Part shown: positions 36,792 to 49,221 of the stretch, in pieces
Layout: the number at the start of each line of letters is the position of its first letter
Numbering within the stretch: position 1 is the first letter of the stretch
Assembly: GCF_006345805.1 (NCBI RefSeq)
Contig: NC_042999.1
Location: 67,518,001-67,582,000, forward strand
DNA length: 64,000 nt
Origin: Octopus sinensis
Lineage: Eukaryota
Direction: 5' to 3'
The notes under the pieces: model-generated
What the model saw: only the letters and a program-made list of their open reading frames with translations
Databases searched by the model: none
What the model was told of the DNA's origin: nothing
Made by a program: the position numbers and the translations under genes

Positions 36792-36835
<44 letters not shown>

Positions 36836-37059
36836 GATGTAATTGATTTTCTCTGTAAAAATAAAGAAAATACAGGGTATCCATAAATTACAGATATCAC
36901 TAAAAATATCCCCAGTGGTTGTATATATATTTTTGGTAAAATAATAGGTTAAATAGGATGATGTCTATATTACAATATTGCAATAACCAATTGATATGCT
37001 TTGCATGTAGAGTAATATTGCAATTATGAAATTAGCATTAGCTTATCTCAGTTTCTTGT

Positions 37060-37106
37060 AGAACCCCTAAGAACCTTTTGTGGAACCCTGGTTGAGAAAC
37101 GCTGCT
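37060..37106. mobile_element. hAT-Charlie-type terminal fragment (others at about 41260 and 35478)
   Basis: ggaaccctggttgagaaacgctg, with cagcgtttctcaac at about 41262, resembles CAGNGTTTCTCAA termini. Confidence 0.55.
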
Positions 37107-38403
37107 CTAAAGTCTGTTTTGGCTGGATGCTTTTCCTAATGCCAACCATTTTACAGCATGTACTCGGTGCTTTATTTTTTTCATGCCACTGGCACTAGTG
37201 AGGTCACCATTGCTGCTCTCAAAACTGCAAAACCTTAGGTGCTGGGTAGGGGAGCAGGTTCTTGTGGAAGAGCTCTTTGGCTACTCACATTTAGAAGAGA
37301 GAGTGAAAATGATCAGTAAGAGCTTTAAAGATATATTCTTTTATTCTTTTTTTCTTTTGTTTGTCATTTGACTGTAGCCATGCTGGAACATTGCCTTTAG
37401 TCGAACAAATTGACCCCAGCACTTATTCTTTGTAAGCCTAGTACTTATTCTATTGGTCTCTTTTGTCGAACCAACAAGTTACGGGGACGTAAACACATCG
37501 ACAATGGTTGTCAAGCAATGGTGGGGGGACAAACACTGAAATACACACACATATGACAGGCTTCTTTCAGTTTCTGTCTACCAAATCCACTCACAAGACT
37601 TTGGTTGGCCCGAGGCTATAGTAGAAGACAAGGTGCCTGTATGCACATTATTATTAATTGTTGCCTTAAACTGGGCAAGCTGTATGGCAGCCTGATTTTG
37701 GTCATCATGACAAGGATACTTCATTTGACATTTTTTGTGTGATATTTGTACGTGAAGCATAGCTCTGTGGTTAAAATGTTTGCTTCTCAACTGTATGGTT
37801 TCAGGTTCAGTCCTACTGTGTGACACTTTGGGCAAATGTCTTCTCCTTGGGCACACCAAAACTATGTGAATGGATTTTGTAGATGGAAACTGAGGGCAGC
37901 TCATTATGTGTGTGTGTTGATGTATATGTGTGTGTGTATGTATGTATGTATGTATGTATGCTTGTATGTTTATGTTTCCTTGTTTTGATATTTTGTGATG
38001 GTTGTTAAATGACTGTCATTCATTTTCAATACTCTGCATAACCATGTCTGACCATGGGGAAAATATTAACTTACTTGGAACCAGTTAAGGGAACATTGAA
38101 ATGCTAGTCCCCTTAAATAGCATTGATCACATGCAAGCATGCAACACCATTAGCTGGGTAAATATTGTTGTATGTTGTAGAAATAGACTCCAAGAACTTT
38201 AATAAAAAGCACTGCTAGGTAAGGACTGTAATGGATTACTAGGGCTCCAAGGTTATAGCTGAGACAATAGTTATGGAGCCATTGCAGATTTCTGATATAG
38301 CGGATATATAATTGTTAAAGAGGACAACAAACGTTAAAGCAAGGCAACTGACTTGAGATGTTTGCCTTGCTTTAACATTTGTCCTCTTTTAACAATTTTA
38401 ACA

Positions 38404-38448
<45 letters not shown>

Positions 38449-39261
38449 TTTTAAAATTATTTTGTTTAGCTTTTGTTCATCCACATAAAGCACCAGTTAT
38501 TAATTGGTTTTTATGATTATAGACATTTTACATGGGTTGTGCTACCCTATTATAATCCGAGCCCAGAAGAATGGAAGGCAAAGTTGTGCTCAGTGACTTT
38601 TGAACCTTGGATATAGACACAGCTAAATGTTGCAAAACATTTGCTCCAGTGCTTTACCATTCTCTGCCTTGGAATATATAACAATAATGATAATAAATTT
38701 TCTTGCTTGAAATATTGATTTTTTTTTTCTTTCTTTCTTGCATTAACTATTGATTTCTGACATGGTGTAGTTATACTTCAGTGAGTTTAATTGATACGGA
38801 GCCAATGAACAAAACTGAATATCCCAATACTATATACATAGTATCTTTCTCTTTCTCTCTTCCACTCTGTACATCCTCGGTATTGATGGTTTACTAACAG
38901 TAACTATTTATAAGAAACCTATTACTAGAGTTTATTCTTCAAGTGGATACAAATGATTGTGTATACTTATCACTTCTTATCCATCCGTCTCATGCAAGCA
39001 TATAAATCTGGATATTATGTCGATGATGAATCTTATCCAATTAAACACAAGGGGTTGATCCACCTCTTTGTTTTTTGTTTCTAGAAGGTGTAAATAGATA
39101 TGGACTCTAGTATAAAACTGGTGCTTGTTTGATTGGGTTGTATCGTCTTATTGTTGTCTAGCTAAATTGGTACTGGCAGAATTTGAACCTGGAAATACAG
39201 TTGCATAAACATGTTTATATGTTGTTGGTTAGTTTCTGGGTCTGTCCTGATCCAGCTGCCT

Positions 39262-39540
39262 TACAAGGAGGTACCCAAAATTAACCAGAAACGTTTTCTG
39301 ATCGAAGCTACTTGATGCCACCCTCAGGCATCAGAATGCCGACCGGCGTTGTCCAGTGAAGTCGTACTGCCATGTGGTGCGTCTTTGTTTTGCAGTGCTT
39401 CTCCCCTGTTCGTTGATTTTTAAGATGACCAAAACAAAGGAACAACATGCTTCCATGAAATTCTGTTGGGGAAAATAGCGGCCAAAACAGTTGTCATGCT
39501 TCAAACTGCTTACAAGGACCCTGTCATGAGCAAAACACAA
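39262..39540 (+). mobile_element. Mariner transposon 5' fragment
   Basis: TIR-like tacaaggaggtacccaaaattaacc, then a frameshifted MTKTKEQHASMKFC.GKIAAKTVVMLQTAYKDPVMSKTQ, the mariner N-terminal HTH. Confidence 0.8.
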
Positions 39541-39759
39541 CTTAAGATAAATTTAAGCTAGTCTAAGCCTTTCACTATGGCAGTTTGAAAATGTTTTGAG
39601 ACAGCCTCTGACCTTGCCAGTTCCTATCATGCTGTCCAACCCATCCAGCATGGAAAACAGATGTTAAATGATGATGATGATGATGATGATCTGTTTAAAG
39701 TTTTACAGCAAAAGGCTTAAAATCCTAGTTTAATTGCTACAAATTTACCTTTATACAGG

Positions 39760-40085
39760 TATGGCTGTGTGGCAAGAAGTTTGCTGCCCAATCACATGGC
39801 TCTTGGTGCAGTCCCGCTGCAGGGCACCTTGGGCAAGTGTGTATTTGCTAGACAGAAACTGAAAGAAGCCTGTCGTATATATATTATATATGTATATGTG
39901 TTTGCCCTTATGTCTCTGGTGTTGATGTGTTTACTTCTGTGTAACGTAGCAGTTCAGTGAAAGAGACCAATAGAATAAGCACCAGGCTTTCAAAAAATTA
40001 GTCCTGGAGTTGATTCGTTCAGCTTGAATTCTTGAAAGCAGTGCTCCAGCGTGGCAACAGTCTAATGACTGAAAGAAATAAGACT
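39760..40085 (+). mobile_element. SINE family A, diverged
   Basis: Recognisable head and tail. Confidence 0.8.
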
Positions 40086-40124
40086 AAAAAATATATATAC
40101 ACATGCACACATACTATATATACA

Positions 40125-40348
40125 TTAACTCTTTAGTATTTAAACCGGTCATTTCAGGCCTAAATATTCTACCAGTTTTAAGCTTAAACTGACCAGATCC
40201 AGCCTCTCACACTTCTCCTGTAATGTCATTTTAAAAATAAACAATCTCATCATTGAAATATCGAAGCTATAAGACAACATGATAAATTCAAAACTGAATA
40301 AATAAGCATCCTATTCAATAGAGAATAATTTGAATACGAAACGGTTAC
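40125..40348. mobile_element. piggyBac-like MITE (a related copy at about 55110-55330)
   Basis: ttaa|ctctttag... and ...tacgaaacgg|ttac ends. The same internal sequence recurs at 55.1-55.3 kb. Confidence 0.6.
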
Positions 40349-40559
40349 TCCACTTTGAGTGACCTGAGAATGTTGCAGTGGGGGATGAGGGCAAACTTTG
40401 CCCTTTTAAGATACACTCTACTGGCATAGCCATATTAAAACCACCAGCAATAGAATTGTGAGATGCATACAGAGTGATGACCCCTAACCAATGTGCTCAT
40501 TCAGCACCTGTGCAACTGATTTGTGGGTTGAAGCTGGTTGTCATATGCCAGCTGTTTAC

Positions 40560-40757
40560 CTTCGTTTGGCAAGCAAAATCAGGCAGCCTTCCTCGGACTG
40601 TTAGTTGTGGCAAAGGAGGCTGTGGAATGTGATTGAAGGGTTCGTAAACAAAGCCTTTTGGCTCAGATGCTAATCCCTCGTCATCTTCTTCAAGTAGCAC
40701 ATGAAGAGGAAAGTGCTTTCCTCCGGTGAACTTTTGTTGGGCTAGTATGACAAAATG
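40560..40757 (-). CDS. Candidate exon of an unidentified minus-strand gene
   Basis: tttattgtcag|...aag|gtaaac, 198 nt, phase 0-0, open: HFVILAQQKFTGGKHFPLHVLLEEDDEGLASEPKGFVYEPFNHIPQPPLPQLTVRGRLPDFACQTK. The frame also reads on to TGA at 40497, so it could be a terminal exon. No homology recognised. Confidence 0.35.
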
Positions 40758-41371
40758 CTGACAATAAATAAGCTTACTTCAGTTATGTAGCTGTAAGGCT
40801 GGTGATAAGAACTGGGAGAAAGCACTTGTTTTGGGTGTGTTGAGGTAATTTGAAGTTGTGTGTAGGAGGCCTTGTGCTTGTGTAAGAAATCATCATCATC
40901 GTTTTACTTAGTCATCGGTTCCTGTTTAGCAAGGTTGTTACCAGTTGGTCTCCACACAGTCAGCATGACAGGGAATATCAACACATTTTGACCGTTTTGG
41001 CTGAAATGTGATTTTCTAGCATTTTTGAGACCCACCCTCCATTTTTGACATACATTTATTTAAAATCAACATGTGACATACTCCCACTTTCATCTGTGAC
41101 TGTCTCACACACTCCCATTCTCTCTCTCTCTCCCTCTCACCTTCTTTCAAAATTAAATCTCTCTTTGTTGTTTAACTCCAGGTTAGCCTTCACCCTGCAG
41201 ACCAATGATCAAAAACAGTTCCTTTTATGACGAAACTTAGTAACACTGTTATCCCCTAGACCAGCGTTTCTCAACTGGGATTCCCCAGAACCCTAGGGTT
41301 CTGCAAAAAGTTTCCTAGGGGTACCATGAGAAAGAGTGAGATAAGCTAATGCTAATTTATATATATATATA

Positions 41372-42207
41372 TGAAGCTAGCATGATCCGCTGGATGTGTA
41401 ATGTCAGTGTGCACACACAACAGAGTATATGCGCCCTGAGAGAAATGCTGGACATAAGAAGCATCGGATGTGGCATGCAAGAGAGACGTTTGCGCTGGTA
41501 TGGTCATGTACTACGGATAGATGAGGAGAGATGTGTGAAGAAGTGCCACTCCCAAACAGTTGAAGGAATCCGGGGTAGAGGTAGACCCAGGAAAACATGG
41601 GATGAGGTGGTGAAGCATGACCTTCGGACATTGAGCCTCACAGAAGCAATGGCAAAAGACTGAGATCTCTGGAGATATGCTGTAGCTGTGAAGACCTGAC
41701 AAATAACGTGAGTTCATGGCTGTTTTCTGCACCAGTTTCACATAACAGCCCCAGCCCTTCCAAAGTACCTTGGATCACAGAATGGCCTGCTGTTCTTACC
41801 TTGGATCGTAGGGCAACCTGCTGTGCTTGAGGAGACCTATTGAGTCAAGTACATCAACATCAAAATAAAAAATCAAATGGAAATTGTACTTGTGATACCT
41901 GTGCCGGTGGCATGTAAAAAGCACCATCCAAATGTGGCTGATGCCAGTGCCGCCTTGACTGGCTTCCGTGCTGGTGGCACGTAAAAAGCACCAACCGATC
42001 GTGGCTGCTGCCAGCCTTGCCTGGCACCTGTGCCGGTGGCATGTAAAAAGCACCCACTACAATCACGGAGTGGTTGCGTTAGGAAGGGCATCCAGCTGTA
42101 GAAACACTGCTAGATCAGACTGGAGCCTGGTGCAGCCTCCTGGCTTCCCAAACCCCAGTCGAACCGTCCAACCCATGCTAGCATGGAAAACAGTTGTTAA
42201 ACAATGA

Positions 42208-42212
<5 letters not shown>
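41372..42212 (+). mobile_element. RTE LINE 3' fragment (ORF2 C-terminus + 3'UTR + tail)
   Basis: EASMIRWMCNVSVH...RRLRWYGHVLR...GRGRPRKTWDEVVKHDLRTL is contiguous with the same 3'UTR modules, ending in (gat)n. Confidence 0.9.
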
Positions 42213-42244
<32 letters not shown>

Positions 42245-42869
42245 ATTTACCACATGAACTACATTGAAAAATTATGAGAAAGATATGGTTTATATCTTTT
42301 GTGCAGGAGTTCATTGAGATATGTAGTTTATTTTCCTATGTGGCACTGACATGGGTGCTTTGTGTGTGATGCTGGCATGGGTACTTTGTACTTGATGCTA
42401 GAACGGGTGTATCGTATGTGGTGCTGGCACGGGTGTTTTGTACAAGGCACTGGAATGGGTGCTTCGTCTGTGGCACTGGTATGAGTGCTTTCTACATAAC
42501 GCTTCATACGTGGCACCGGCACGGGTGCCCCCCATGTGGCACATATACCTGTAAAATCCTCAACTACTATCACAATTAATTCAAGAACAGGTAATTCAGT
42601 TGATTAAAAAGAAAACTGAACCTTCATCACAACAAAAGCGCTGTTAATTAAAGGAACAAATACATAACAAATCATTGTTTTTCAATAATTGGCAAATATT
42701 ACTTTATTATTATTATAATCAACATCATTATTGATTGATTCTAATAATAGTTGGGTTTTTTTCTCACGTGAAATTTCATCTTGATTGATGGGTCTTTTTA
42801 TTTTATAAAAGAACATTGCTCCTTTTTGTTTCATTAGTTGTCAGTTTCAGTTTGAGAAGACCATTTGTT

Positions 42870-43258
42870 GTTGTTGCTGCTGTTGCTGTTGAGCGAAGCA
42901 GTCATTGTCTCAGAGCTCGCAATGGGAGAAGTCCGAATCGTGGTCCTTTGCTATTCGTAAGACCCGCAGAAGAGAAAGCAGGTCAACCCCTGACACTGAG
43001 AGCATCAACAAATGGATGAATGTGCATCCAGGCTCAGCGGTTATGTAGGAAGTCGGGGACAAGAAACAGGAAGAAAGAGTGAGAGAAAGTTGGGGCAAAA
43101 GAGTACAACAGGGGTCGCACCCCCCCCCCTGCTGGAGCCTCGTGGAGCTTTAGGTGTTTTCGCTCAATTAACACACACAACGCTAAGTCTGGGAATCGAA
43201 ACCATGATCTTCCGACCGCGAGTCTACTGCTCTAACCACTGGGCCATTGTGCCTCCAC
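42870..43258 (-). mobile_element. SINE family C
   Basis: Homologous to 14298-14672 over its full length. Confidence 0.9.
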
Positions 43259-43973
43259 TTTGTTGTTGCTACTGTTGTTCCCTCCCAAGGCTTAGGAATA
43301 GGATAAATTGGCCATATTAGTTTTTGCTTAACTCTAAATCAATCTTTATTGAGCCATGAGCTTTTCACCCATTTTTCTTTTGGTCGAGAGATATTAAATA
43401 TTGATGTGCTCTATTTTACTGTAATAGTTATGCAAGTTGAGGATTTGGCTGTCAAACATGATACTGTTTATGCATGGTTAAATGACGTGTATGTATGTAT
43501 ATATATGTGCGTATATTTATGTAGGTATGGCTGTGTGGTTAAGAAGTTTGTTTCCCAACCATGTGGTCTTGGGTTCAGTCCCACTGTGTAGCATTTGGAT
43601 GTTTTCTACTATAGCTTTGGGTCAACCAAAATCTTCTGATCTTTTCAGTGGATTTGGTTGGCGGAAACTGAAAAAGTGTGTCATGTTAGGAAGGGTATCC
43701 AGCCATAAAAATCCTGCCAAAACAGACACAGAAGTCTGGTACAGGCTCCTGTCAAACCATCCAACCCATGCCGACATGGAAGGTGGATGTTAAACAATGA
43801 TATATATCATCATCATCATTTAACGTCCGCTTTCCATGCTAGCATGGGTTGGACGGTTCAACTGGGGTCTGGGGAGCCCGAAAGCTGCACCAGTCCAGTC
43901 AGATCTGGCAGTGTTTCTACAGCTGGATGCCCTTCCTAACGCCAACCACTCCGAGAGTGTAGTGGGTGATTTT

Positions 43974-44290
43974 ATGTGCCACCGACACAGGTGCCAGACG
44001 AGGCTGACAAACGGCCACGCTCGGATGGTGTTTTTTTATGTGCCACCGACACAGGTGCCAGACGAGGCTGGCAGACGGCCACGCTCGGATGGTGTTTTTT
44101 ATGTGCCACCGACACAGGTGCCAGACGAGGCTGGCAGACGGCCACGCTCGGATGGTGTTTTTATGTGCCACCGACACAGGTGCCAGACGAGGCTGGCAGA
44201 CGGCCACGCTCGGATGGTGTTTTTATGTGCCACCGACACAGGTGCCAGATGAGGCTGGCAAACGGCCACGATCGGATGGTGCTTGTTACG
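43974..44290. repeat. Minisatellite: 5 x 62-64 bp units in the RTE 3'UTR
   Basis: Unit atgtgccaccgacacaggtgccagacgaggctggcagacggccacgctcggatggtgttttt starts at 43974, 44038, 44101, 44163 and 44225. Confidence 0.95.
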
Positions 44291-45910
44291 TGCCCACAGC
44301 ACGGAGGCCAGTCGATGCGGTACTGGCTACGGCCACGTTCGGATGGTTTTCTTATGTGCCACGTGCCACCGGCACTGGTACCACAAAGATACAAATTCCA
44401 TTGATGTTCATCTATTTTGATTTGTTTTGATTTGATTTGATTTTCACTTGCCTCAACAGGTCTTCACAAGTGTCACAAGAAGGAAGGTATGCACAGGTGG
44501 ACTGACTACGTCCCAGGTAGGGGCCATGGGTTATGGCCTGACTAGTCTTGCCGGTCTTCGGATGGTGTTTTTATGTGCCACCGACACAGGTGCTAGATGA
44601 GGCTGGCGAACGGCCACGATCGGATGGTGTTTGTCATGTGCCCACCGCACTGACTACGGCACTGATGGATTCTTGTGTGCCACAGGCACTGGTACCACAA
44701 GATACAAATTCCATTGATGTTCATCTATTTTGTCTATTTTGATTTGATTTGATTTGATTTTCACTTGCCTCAACCGGTCTTCACAAGTGTCACAAGAAGG
44801 AAGGAAGGTATGCACAGGTGGACTGACTAGTCTTGCCGGGTCTTCGGAAGGTGTTTTTATGTGCCACCGACACAGGTGCCAGATGAGGCTGGCGAACGGC
44901 CATGATCGGATGGTGTTTGTTACGTGCCCACAGCACGGAGGCCGGTCGATGCGGAACTGGCTACGGCCACGTTCGGATGGTTCTCATGTGTGCCACCGGC
45001 ACTGGTACCACAAAGTGTGTGCCACCGGCACTGGTACCACAAAGATACAGATTCCATTGATGTTCATCTATTTTGATTTGTTTTGATTTGATTGATTTTC
45101 ACTTGCCTCAACAGGTCTTCACAAGTGTCACAAGAAGGAAGGTATGCACAGGTGGACTGACTACGTCCCAGGTAGGGGCCATGGGTTATGGCCTGACTAG
45201 TCTTGCCGGGTCTTCGGATGGTGTTTTTATGTGCCACCGACACAGGTGCTAGATGAGGCTGGCGAACGGCCACGATCGGATGGCCAGTGATGCGGTACTG
45301 ACTACGGCCACGTTCGGATGGATTCTTGTGTGCCACCGGCACTGGTACCACAAGCGGTACTGACTACGGCCACGTTCGGATGGATTCTTGTGTGCCACCG
45401 GCACTGGTACCACAAGCGGTACTGACTACGGCCACGTTCGGATGGATTCTTGTGTGCCACTGGCACTGGTACCACAAGGATACAAATTCCATTGATGTTC
45501 ATCTATTTTGATTTGTTTTGATTTGATTTGATTTTCACTTGCCTCAGCAGGTCTTCACAAGTCGGAAGGTATGTACAGGTGGACTGACTACGTCCCAGGT
45601 AGGGCCCATGGGTTATGACCTGACTAGTCTTGCCGGGTCTTCGGATGGTGTTTTTATGTGCCACCATGTTCCCACAGCACGGAGGCCAGTCGATGCGGTA
45701 CTGGCTACGGCCACGTTCGGATGGTTTTCTTGTGTGCCACAGGCACTGGTACCACAAAGATACAAATTCCATTGATGTTCATCTATTTTGATTGATTTTC
45801 ACTTGCCTCAGCAGGTCTTCACAAGTGTCACAAGAAGGAAGGTATGCACAGGTGGATCGACTACGTCCCAGGTAGGGGCCACGGGATATGGCCTGACTAG
45901 TCCTGCCGGG
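44290..45910. repeat. Higher-order tandem repeat: 5 copies of the ORF2-stop/proximal-3'UTR block
   Basis: The block gatacaaattccattgatgttcatctattttg...tgactagtc(t/c)tgccgggtc recurs at about 44390, 44700, 45045, 45480 and 45760. Confidence 0.92.
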
Positions 45911-48090
45911 TCCTCTCATGCACAGCACACTTCCATAGGACTCGGTCTTCAGTCATTTCCTTGGTGAGACCTAAAGTTCGAAGGTCGTGCTTCACCACCT
46001 CGTCCCAGGTTTTCCTGGGTCTACCTCTTCCACAGGTTCCCTCAACTGCTAGGTTGTAGCACTTTTGCACACAACTATCTTCAGCCATTCTCGTCACATG
46101 ACCATACCAGCGCAGCCGTCTCTCTTGCACACCACAACTGACACTTCTTAGGTTCAACTTTTCTCTCAAAGTACTTACACTCTGACGATTATGAACACTG
46201 ACATTACACATCCATCGGAGCATACTGGCTTCATTTCTTGCAAGCTTACGCATATCCTCAGCTGTCACGGCCCATGTTTCACTACCATGTAGCATGGCTG
46301 TACGTACACACGCATCATATAGTCTGCCTTTTACTCTTAGCGAGAGACCTTTTGTCACCAGCAGGGGTAAGAGCTCTCTAAACTTTGCCCAGGCTATTCT
46401 TACTCTAGCAGTTACACTTTCAGCACACCCACCCCCGCTACTGACTTGGTCTCCTAGGTAGCGGAAGCTATCAACTACTTCTAGTTTGTCTCCCTGGAAC
46501 GTGGTAGAAGTTGGACTCTGCACATTTCCAGTGTTTATTTCTCCTGAGCATCTGCCACAGACAAAAACTATTTTCTTAGTTAGCCTTCCTTTGACATTGC
46601 TGCACCTCTTATGTGTCCATAGCTTACACTTGGTGCACCTTATAGAGTTTCTACCTACACCTTTTTACAGATCGAGCAGGGCCATCTACCTGAAGTCGTT
46701 TGTGGTTGGTCCACCTTCCTACTTATTAGGACTTTGGTTTTGGCTAGGTTGATTCTAAGGCCCTTCGATTCTAATCCTTGTTTCCACACCTGAAACTTCT
46801 CCTCCAGTTCTGATAGTGACTCAGCAATTAGAGCAAGGTCATCAGCATATAGGAGCTCCCAGGGGCATCCTGTCTTAAATTCTTCCGTTATTGCCTGGAG
46901 AACTATGATAAATAGGAGGGGGCTGAGGACTGAACCTTGGTGGACCCCAACCTCTACCCGGAATTCTTCACTGTACTCGTTGCCAACCCTCACCTTACTA
47001 GCTGCGTCTCTGTACATGGCTCGCACAGCTCTCACTAACCATTCATCTATCCCTAGTTTCCTCATTGACCACCAGATAAGGGATCGGGGGACCCTGTCAA
47101 AGGCTTTCTCTAAGTCAACAAAAGCCAGGTACAAGGGCTTACCTTTGGCTAGGTATTTCTCCTGCAGCTGTCTTACCAGGAATATAGCATCAGTAGTACT
47201 TTTCCCTGGCACGAACCCAAACTGCATATCATCTAAGCTAACTCTCTCTCTAATTAACTGGGCTATAACCCTCTCCGTAACCTTCATTACCTGATCCAAC
47301 AGCTTGATGCCCCTGTAGTTATTTGTATCTAGGGCATCGCCTTTACCTTTGTAGCAGTTGACTATTATGCTGCTACACCAGTCATTGGGTATGACTCCTT
47401 CGTGTATCACCTGGTTAACTATACGGGTGACTATGCTATAGCCGACACTACCAGATATTTTGAGCATCTCTGCAGTAATTCCTGATGGGCCTGGGGCTTT
47501 CCCTGTCTTCATGCTTCTAATTGCCTTAGCTACCACGGAACTATCAACTCGGATAGCTGGTCCCTCTGTTGGGTCAACATTCGGCAGACTCTCTTTATCC
47601 CATTCATTTTCCTCATTCAGCAACCTTTCATAGTGGCGTCTCCAAGCTTCTCTCTTTGCATCCTCATTTAACGCAAGTGAACCATCCTCCATGCGAACAC
47701 ATTTCTCTCCTACCACATCTCGATTCTCTCTCACACACTGTCTTGCAACACGAAATACCTCAAGTCTTTCATCCTCACGGCGCAGGACATTGGCAAATTT
47801 TCTTTTATCTGCTTCCCCTCTGGCTAGATAGACCTGTCTCCTAGCTTCCCTTCTGGCAGTCTGATACACTTCCCTGCTACCACCGTTCTTCCAGGCCTTC
47901 CAAGCCTGTTTCTTTTGTCTAATAGCCCTATCAACAATATTGTTCCACCACCATGTTATTTTGGGTCTTAAGGGGACTTTGCACCAGCCACAGATCTGGT
48001 CAGCGGCTTTCAGCAGGTTGTCCCTCAGAAACGTCCAGTTGTCTTCTACCCCATGTGTAGCTATACCCCCTTCCACTTCGTCAAAGGCTT
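45897..48090 (-). pseudogene. RTE ORF2 (RT + internal PHD finger + C-terminus) with a single -1 frameshift
   Basis: ORFs 46655-48076 and 45897-46523 become one frame if one base is restored in the A5 run at 46662-46666. Confidence 0.9.
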
Positions 48091-48293
48091 CAAGTATATA
48101 TATATAAAAAATATATATATATAAATATACTAGCTTATTTTGACCGAAAAGATGACCCTATAACCTAAGTTATGGTATTTAGAATATTAATTCTGATTTG
48201 TCATCCACTAAATTTGGAATTGTGTAAATGTATGAATTTTAAACATGCATACACACAAAGAAAATCTGCCTTTTATAGATAAGATATATATAA

Positions 48294-48470
48294 ATTATAT
48301 AGAGGGCACTATTACACATAAATGCCGCTAGCTAGGAGGGACTTTTAAAGTCAAAACTACCAAAATGAACAAATTGTACCGAATGCAATCTTCGAAGCGA
48401 GTCATTTAAAAACAGAATTTAGTCCCTCCTAGCGTGCGGCATTTATGTGTAATAGTGCCCTCTATATAAT
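48294..48470. mobile_element. MITE with perfect 35-bp TIRs in a TA context
   Basis: attatatagagggcactattacacataaatgccgc / gcggcatttatgtgtaatagtgccctctatataat. Confidence 0.85.
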
Positions 48471-49221
48471 ATAAATAATTATTTTCAAGTTGAAAAGATT
48501 TACAGATTTTTTCTCTTAGGAGGTTTTTTCATGCTAACTACTTGATAATTTCTTATGAAGATTTTATCTTATTTTTATATTTATGTATGTATATATATTA
48601 TATATATATATATATATATACACACAGGGACTGCTACCATCCACTGACCATTCAACTTAATACTACCATGGCACTCCCAAATTCTTCTTCTTCCCTTTCT
48701 TCTCCTTCTTTTTCTTCCCTACCAAGAATTCACAAGAGTAAACAAGAGAGACAGAGACAGGCAAAAACAAGGAAACTGCCACTTGTATTTGAACACCATA
48801 CAAATATTCTTTTAAAAAAACTTTTCTTTTAATTTTTCTAAATTTAATTATTTAATTGTTACAGTTGAACTTGACTTTTTTTTCCATATATATATGTATA
48901 CACACACACACACACACACACACATTATAAATGTGTGTGTGTTTCTGTGTACCTTTGTCTTGAAATCTTGTGATAATTTTAAATAAGCATCACCGTCATA
49001 CAAATGATGTTCTTCAGTTCCGGTCTTTTGTGAGGAAATATTACCTTGCTTGATGACAAGAAGAGTGCTTGGCTGGAGAAAAATCAACCTCAACAAATTC
49101 TGTGTAACCCATACAAGCTTGGAAAAATGGACGTTGTTGATATGTATAGTTGACAAGTTTAGGAAAGTGGAGATGACTTCAGTTGCAGTATAATAGACAG
49201 GGGAAATCGCAAACACTTTCA

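Larger units (their letters stand above)
43806..48092 (-). mobile_element. RTE-clade LINE, 5'-truncated (no APE), with a long modular 3'UTR and (ATG)n tail
   Basis: ORF2 RT motifs (FGFVPGKSTTDAIF, AFVDLEKAFDRV, GVHQGSVLSP, LLYADDL) and an RTE-type C-terminus (RRLRWYGHV...GRGRPRKTW). The 3'UTR runs to (cat)n at 43806, and both ends abut (TA)n. Confidence 0.95.

Noticed and set aside
43974-45910. CRISPR-like or novel repeat-protein array
   Set aside because: Units are contiguous with no unique spacers, the context is eukaryotic, and the short ORFs across them are by-products of a LINE 3'UTR.
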